Shown: positions 58,285 to 64,000 of the stretch, piece by piece
Layout: every line of letters starts with the position of its first letter
Position numbering within the stretch: position 1 is the first letter of the stretch
DNA from: the human T2T-CHM13v2.0 reference genome, Homo sapiens
Length of the DNA stretch: 64,000 bases
Strand: one strand, 5' to 3'
Assembly: GCF_009914755.1 (NCBI RefSeq)
Contig: NC_060937.1
Notes under the pieces: model-generated
The model's input: the letters and a program-made list of their open reading frames with translations, nothing else
Database searches by the model: none
What the model was told of the DNA's origin: nothing
Program-made: the position numbers and the translations under genes

Positions 58285-58812
58285 CACACACACCATGGAA
58301 TATTATTCAGCTATAAAAATGAATGAAATCATATAGTTTGCAGCAACATGGATGGAACTAGATTCCATTATCTTAAGTGAAATAATGCAGAAACAGAAAG
58401 TCAAATACCACATGTTCTCACTTATAAGTGGGAACTAAATAATGTGTACACATCGAAATAGAGAGTGGAGTAATAGACATTGGAGACAAGGAAGTGTGGG
58501 AAGGGGTGAGAGATGAAAAATTACTGCATGGGTATAATGTACACTATGTGGGTGGTGGCTATGCTAAAAACCCAGACTTCACTACTACACAATATATCCA
58601 TGTAATAAAACTGTACTTATACCCTCTGAATCTATAATTTGTGAAAACTGCATTCAAATTTAACTTTTTGCTGCTTTTCAGAACTGCTCTCTGGCTTCCT
58701 TACCTCTCTGACTGGCTGTCACCCTCATGCATTCAGCTGCCTAAGATTGACCTGGATTCTTCCTCAATCAGGGCTAACCTTGGCCCAGAGACTCAATATC
58801 AAGAAATAGTTC

Positions 58813-60757
58813 AAGTCAAAGTTATCCTCAGTAAGAAGAATAAAATTGGAGGAATTACAATACCTAACTTTAAGTTATACTACAGTGCCATAGTAATCAA
58901 ATGACATGGTACTGGCATAAAAGCTGACATATAGATCAGTGGAACAGAATAGAGAACCCAGAGATAAACCTATACATCTACCATGAACTCATTTTTGATA
59001 AATGTCCCAAGAATATACATTAGAGAAAGGAGAGTCTCTTCAATAAATGGTGCTGGGAAAACTGGATATTCATATGCAAAAGAAAAAAACTAGACCCCTA
59101 TCTCTTGCCATATACACAAATCCAATCAAAATGGATTAAAGACTTAACTCTAAGACCTCAAACTATGCAACTACTATAAAAAGAAATCGGGGAAACTCTC
59201 CGAGACTTTGGACTGCGCAAAGATGTATTTAGTAATATCCCACAGGTACAGGCAACCAAAGCAAACATGGACAAATGGGATCATATCAAGTTAAAAAGCT
59301 TCTGCACAGCAAAGGAAACAACCAACAAAGTGAAGAGAAAACCCACAGAATGGGAGAAAATATTTGCAAACTGCTCATCTGACAAGGGATTAATAACCAG
59401 ACTATATAAGGAGCTCAAACAACTCTATCAATCAGAAAAAAAAATAATAATCCAATTTAAAAATCGGCAAAAGATTTGGATAGACATTTCTCAAAAGAAG
59501 ACATACAAATGGCAAGCAGGTATATGGAAAGGTGTTCAACATCGTTAATCAATCATCAGAGAAATGCAAGTCAAATATACAATGAGATATCATCTCATCT
59601 CAGTTAAAATGGCTATTATTGAAAAGTCAGGCAATAACAAAGGCTGGCAAGGATGTGGAGAAAAGGGAACCCTCCTCCTACACTGTTGGTGGGAATGTAA
59701 ACTAGTATGACCACTATAGAGAACAGTTTGGAGGCTCCTCACAAAAAACAAAACTAGAGCTATCCAGCAAACTCGCGTGGATCTATACACCCAAAATAAA
59801 GGAAATTAGTATATTGAAGGGATAGCTACACTCCCATGTTTATTGCAGCACTATTCACAATAGCCAAGATTTGGAAGCAATCTAAGTTTCCATCAACAGA
59901 CAAACGGATAAAGAAAATGTGGTACATATACACAATGGAGTACTTCAGCCATAAAAAAAGGATGAGATCCTGTCATTTGCAACAACATGGATGGAACTGG
60001 AGGTCATTACGTTAAGTGAAATAAGCCAGACACAGAAAGACAAACATCACATGTTCTCACTTATTTGTGGGAGCTAAAAATTAAAATAATTGAACTGATA
60101 AAGAAAGGGAGTAGAAGGATGGTTACTAGAGGCTGGGAAGGGTAGTGAGGGGGTGGGATGGTGGGGATCAATGGGTACAAAAAAGAAGTTAAAAGAATGA
60201 ATAAGGCCTAACATTTGCTATCGCAATAGAGTGACTATAGTCAAAAATAATTTAAGTGTACATTGTAGCTAAAAGAGTATAACTGGATTGTTTGTAATAC
60301 AAAGGAAAATGCCTGAGATGATGGATACCCAATTTTACATGATGTGATTATTACACATTGTATGCCTATATCCAAATATCTCATGTAATCCATAAATATA
60401 TACACCTACTTTGTGCCCACAAAATTTTTTTCTTTTTTTTTTTGAGACGGATTCTCACTCTGTCACCCAGGCTGGAGTGCAGTGGTGCGATCTCGGCTCA
60501 CTGCAAGCCCCACTCCCGGGTTCACGCCATTCTCCTGCCTCAGCCTCCTGAGTAGCTGGGAGTACAGGTACCCGCCACCATGCCTGGCTAATTTTTTGTA
60601 TTTGTAGTAGATATGGGGTTTCACCGTGTTAGCCAGGATGGTCTCCATCTCCTGACCTCGTGATCTGCCCGCCTTGGCCTCCCAAAGTGCTGGGATTACA
60701 GGCTTGAGCCACTGCGCCCAGCCAAATTTTTTTAATTAAAGTTAAAATTTAAAAAAG
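58813..60757 (+). mobile_element. 5'-truncated L1MA (MA1-3-like), with an AluY in its tail
   Basis: ORF2 remnants ([24 protein letters not shown]) and 3' UTR 'catgatgtgattattacacattgtatgcct...tacacctactttgtgcccacaaaa'. Confidence 0.9.
60433..60723 (-). mobile_element. AluY
   Basis: 'cactgcaagc...ccgggttcacgccattctcc' and 'ttagccaggatggtctc'. TSD approximately AAATTTTTTT. Confidence 0.95.
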
Positions 60758-63369
60758 AAGTGATTTTGATAATGTGGATATTTTAATTAATCAAGGACAG
60801 CCTCATGAAGGGGAGAGAATCACAACAACTATTTGAATGAAAGCATGGAAATCTTAAAGAGAGATTACAACACAACTTGAGGGTAATTTTTAAAATCTGG
60901 GCTTGCATTTGCGTGGGTGCTTAGAAGTAGGAATGGATTGAGAAGGGGGCTCTGTGCAAGCTTGCTTTATAATGACTGCAAAAGCCAGTGGGGTGGAAAT
61001 GCTCAGAAAGAATTCACACTCTGGTCTCTTTGGAAGTGGGACTTTTCCTTGATTGACTTGCATTCCAGTCCTCTTTGGGATCTTTGCTCCTTAGCTAAGA
61101 GAGCAGTAGGTGAGCCCCATTTTTCTTCACTCTCAAAAACGGCAAGGGATTAATTAAGCCAAGAGCTGGATTGTCTTTGGGTCTGGTTGAAAGAGACAGC
61201 AGGCTGGAGAAAGTGCAGCAGCTGTCTCCATTTTTCTACAGAACTTTTGCTGGAACAATTTTTTCCCTTTCTTTTTATTTAAAATTTTTGCCAAAACACT
61301 GCTGCTCTGCCTGCCCATCCTTTAGCCAGGCGTTTTGTATGAGAGTGATTGAAGTGGGCAATTATATTCTCCTCTTAGCTCCTCTTCATTTTCCTTTGGT
61401 AGACATTTATTTCTTCGTGGTGCAGCAAAATGCATTTTTCAACAGAGGGTGACTCATTTTTTTTCCTATTTGGATTCCAGATAGATTATGGAGAGAGATA
61501 TGTGTGTTTTCCTGATACACTGATTATTTTTGAGAGGAAAAAAGAAGCATTTTGATTAGCTGGCATGACACAGAAAAACATGAATATTCCCTTCTTCATG
61601 CCCTCTTAAAGGGCTCCTGCCCCCGGTACTTCACAAGTAACATAGAAAAATGTTCAAAACCACGTTTCCAAATATCCTAATTATTTGCCATCTACACTGA
61701 ACTTTCAGCTGAATGTAAATACCTCATCAAAGTATTCACTCATCTTTAATTTTGTCAATAATTTTGCCAAAATGTAAATTCTCTACCCAATCCACAGGTG
61801 CAGAGGTGCTAAGTCAGTGTTCTCCCTCTAACTCCACATTTTCTTGTTCCTTTTCTTCTCGCATCCACCAATACTTGCTCCCCTTAACTGCCAGAACATT
61901 CAGTGCAAGTGGTATGTTGTTGTGTGGATACATTCAAAGGCTGCTCGGGAAAACTAAGGAGATAACTAGAACTTGCCCACCCCAACCCCCAAGGCACTCT
62001 GACATCTGAAATCACCCTGAGAGATTTCAGAAACTTTCCTGCTGAGACCAGAGCATATGTCATGAATTTGCTCTGGCTTTAGTATCCTTCATTTCCTAAT
62101 CTCCTTGGAGCACCAGCAAATGAGACTTAAATTTAAATCTAATAAGCTAAACAGGTATTTCCATCTTAAATTCCTAGGGCCAGCTTCACGAAATTGTAGA
62201 GGAGAGGTTCCTTGCATATCATTTGATCTTCTCTCAGCAGAGTTGGCCGGTCATGCCATCCTGAGTTTCAGGAAAGAACCACGTGAAGAAGAAGGTGATT
62301 TGGCTAAGTCTTTGCATCCTCATTTCGGCACCAGATGCTGCTTGTATGTTCACACTGTGTAAATGTCTGTACCCCTGTCTTCAGTACTCTCTCGTGGTCT
62401 GTTGGAGGCACCTGTTCGAAGGTCATTACTGAAGCCTGTATAGAGAGGGCAGTGCTCCGTCACATGGAAATGTCCTTCAGGTTCTCTGAGGCTGGCAGAA
62501 AGCTCATGGAATGCTAAAAATATATATTAATAAAGAACTTTCCTTCCTTCCTGGGAAGATATCATTTTGCAAATGAAATTACACAAAGACTACTGATGGA
62601 GTGAATTTCTAATATCAGCCTGACTCCGTCTTGTAACCACCCTACCCAGGGCTGCCCCATCTTCTAAAATCAGTCATTCTGTTGTTCAGGAAATGTAAAC
62701 CAATTTAAATTAGGCACAAACTAAACAATTGCTAAGGTACATCTGCTGTCAAAATTATTCTGAAGGTAAATAGTGCCCAACACAATGCGTTGCCTGGAAG
62801 ACTTTTGATAAACATGATTGAATCAGCAAATATTTTTAAATAAATGAATATGAATGGTTTTTGCACCCATCCATGGTTTGGGTTATCTGTCACATTTGAT
62901 TATTCTCACCATTTCTCCCTTCCATTGGTTAGGTCATTGGAAAGGTAGAGTAATCTGAATTTCCCTAAGAGCACGCAAAACGAGAATGAGAATGTCAGAA
63001 AGGAAAATGCATTCTCCACTTCACAAAATCTGTGCATCTTGTAGGGGCTTGTTCACATGCAAGGATAGATAACCCTGCAGGACAATCAACCTTAATATTC
63101 AGGAGGATCCGTACTTCTTAGTGGAAAGGGTGGAAAGGAATAACTTTTATTAAATGCCTCTAATGTGTCTTTGCTTTCACATACATGATCTTACTTGTAT
63201 GCAATCCAATCTTGGGAAGCATATAATATTTCCATTTTAAACATTAAAAAAGAACAACCTGAGACTCAGAAAAGTTAAGTAAGTGGAGGAACCATTCTAT
63301 AAATAGCCCAGGAAAGAGCAAAGCTGGCAATATTCAGTGTTTGTGAAAAATGTTTGCAAACGGGCCACA

Positions 63370-63560
63370 GGTGCTTGCCTGAGTTCCTCATAATATTGCT
63401 TTATTGAGAGTTTCATAAATCTGGGCACTGTTCTCAGTGCTTTACCTGAATTTGTTAATGGGGTATGTACTATATTGTTCCCATTTTATATGGGAGGAAA
63501 TAGAGGGACAGAGAGATTCAGAAACTTGTCCCCAATCACATAAGCTTGGCCCCAGTGCAC
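63370..63560 (-). mobile_element. MIR SINE
   Basis: 'ctgggcactgttctcagtgctttac...cccattttatatgggaggaaatagagggacagagagattcagaaacttgtccccaatcaca'. Confidence 0.65.
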
Positions 63561-63638
63561 CAATCAATATTTAGGGGATCTGTGTCCTTTTCATCTCTCT
63601 CTCTCTCTCTGTCTCTCTCTTTCAAGGTCTCTAGGGAC

Positions 63639-63851
63639 AAGTGCTATTCCACAAAACTTTCTGCAAAGATAGATATGTTCTGTATCTGCTGCACTGCTCA
63701 ATATGGTGACCCCAGCCACGTGTGCCTATTGAGCACTTGAAATATGGTTTGTGCAACTGAGTAGCTGAATTTTTAACTTCACTTAATTTAAATTAATTTA
63801 AATTTAAATAGTCACATGTGGCTAGCAGCCATATTGATCAAAGATAGCAGC
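63639..63851. mobile_element. MER3 (hAT-Charlie)
   Basis: 'aactttctgcaaagatagatatgttctgtatctg...tattgagcacttgaaatatgg...ttaatttaaatttaaatagtcacatgtggctag'. Confidence 0.85.
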
Positions 63852-64000
63852 TGCAGAGACGCTGAAATAATAATCGCTAATATAAGAGCTAACATTTGTG
63901 GAGTTCATTCAAACTTCAGAACAACTCCATGTAGTAAGTACTATAATTATCCTTATGTTACAAATTCAGAAAATTTATTTTACAGAGTGCTATACTTTGG

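Larger units (their letters stand above)
56716..58638 (+). mobile_element. 5'-truncated L1PB/L1MA-age LINE, split by LTR22
   Basis: ORF2 C-terminal remnants, then 3' UTR 'cccagacttcactactacacaatatatccatgtaataaaactgtacttataccctctgaatcta'. Confidence 0.9.

Noticed and set aside
61450-61456. AP-1 site TGACTCA in repeat-free sequence
   Set aside because: A single 7-mer is expected several times by chance in 64 kb.

Overview
This is repeat-rich, AT-rich human genomic DNA, either intergenic or deep intronic. The species call rests on primate Alu, L1PA and THE1 elements plus an SVA whose diagnostic bases match my recollection of the human-specific SVA_F subfamily. I can support no protein-coding gene, RNA gene or bacterial-type system. 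The listed ORFs are chance ORFs or decayed transposon frames (Alu, SVA VNTR, THE1-int, L1 ORF2). The window holds an SVA_F at 30029-32030 between perfect 16-bp TSDs, a full-length THE1A MaLR inside an L1, a Tigger3 inside an L1, a HERV-K(HML-5) LTR22 solo LTR, ten Alus, several L1s, MLT/MST LTRs, hAT and mariner MITEs, and L2/MIR relics. The most notable structures are: (i) the SVA carries about 34 nt of foreign 5' sequence inside its TSDs and is polyadenylated prematurely in SINE-R; (ii) a 190-bp, about 95%-identical copy of an ancient MER fragment sits 2.57 kb from its apparent source with no TSD or poly(A); (iii) an Alu sits at a roughly 240-bp deletion in its host LTR; (iv) an AluJ lacks the same segment in both arms. 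Subfamily names come from recalled consensus sequences, not from a database search. I found no evidence for a wholly new biological system.
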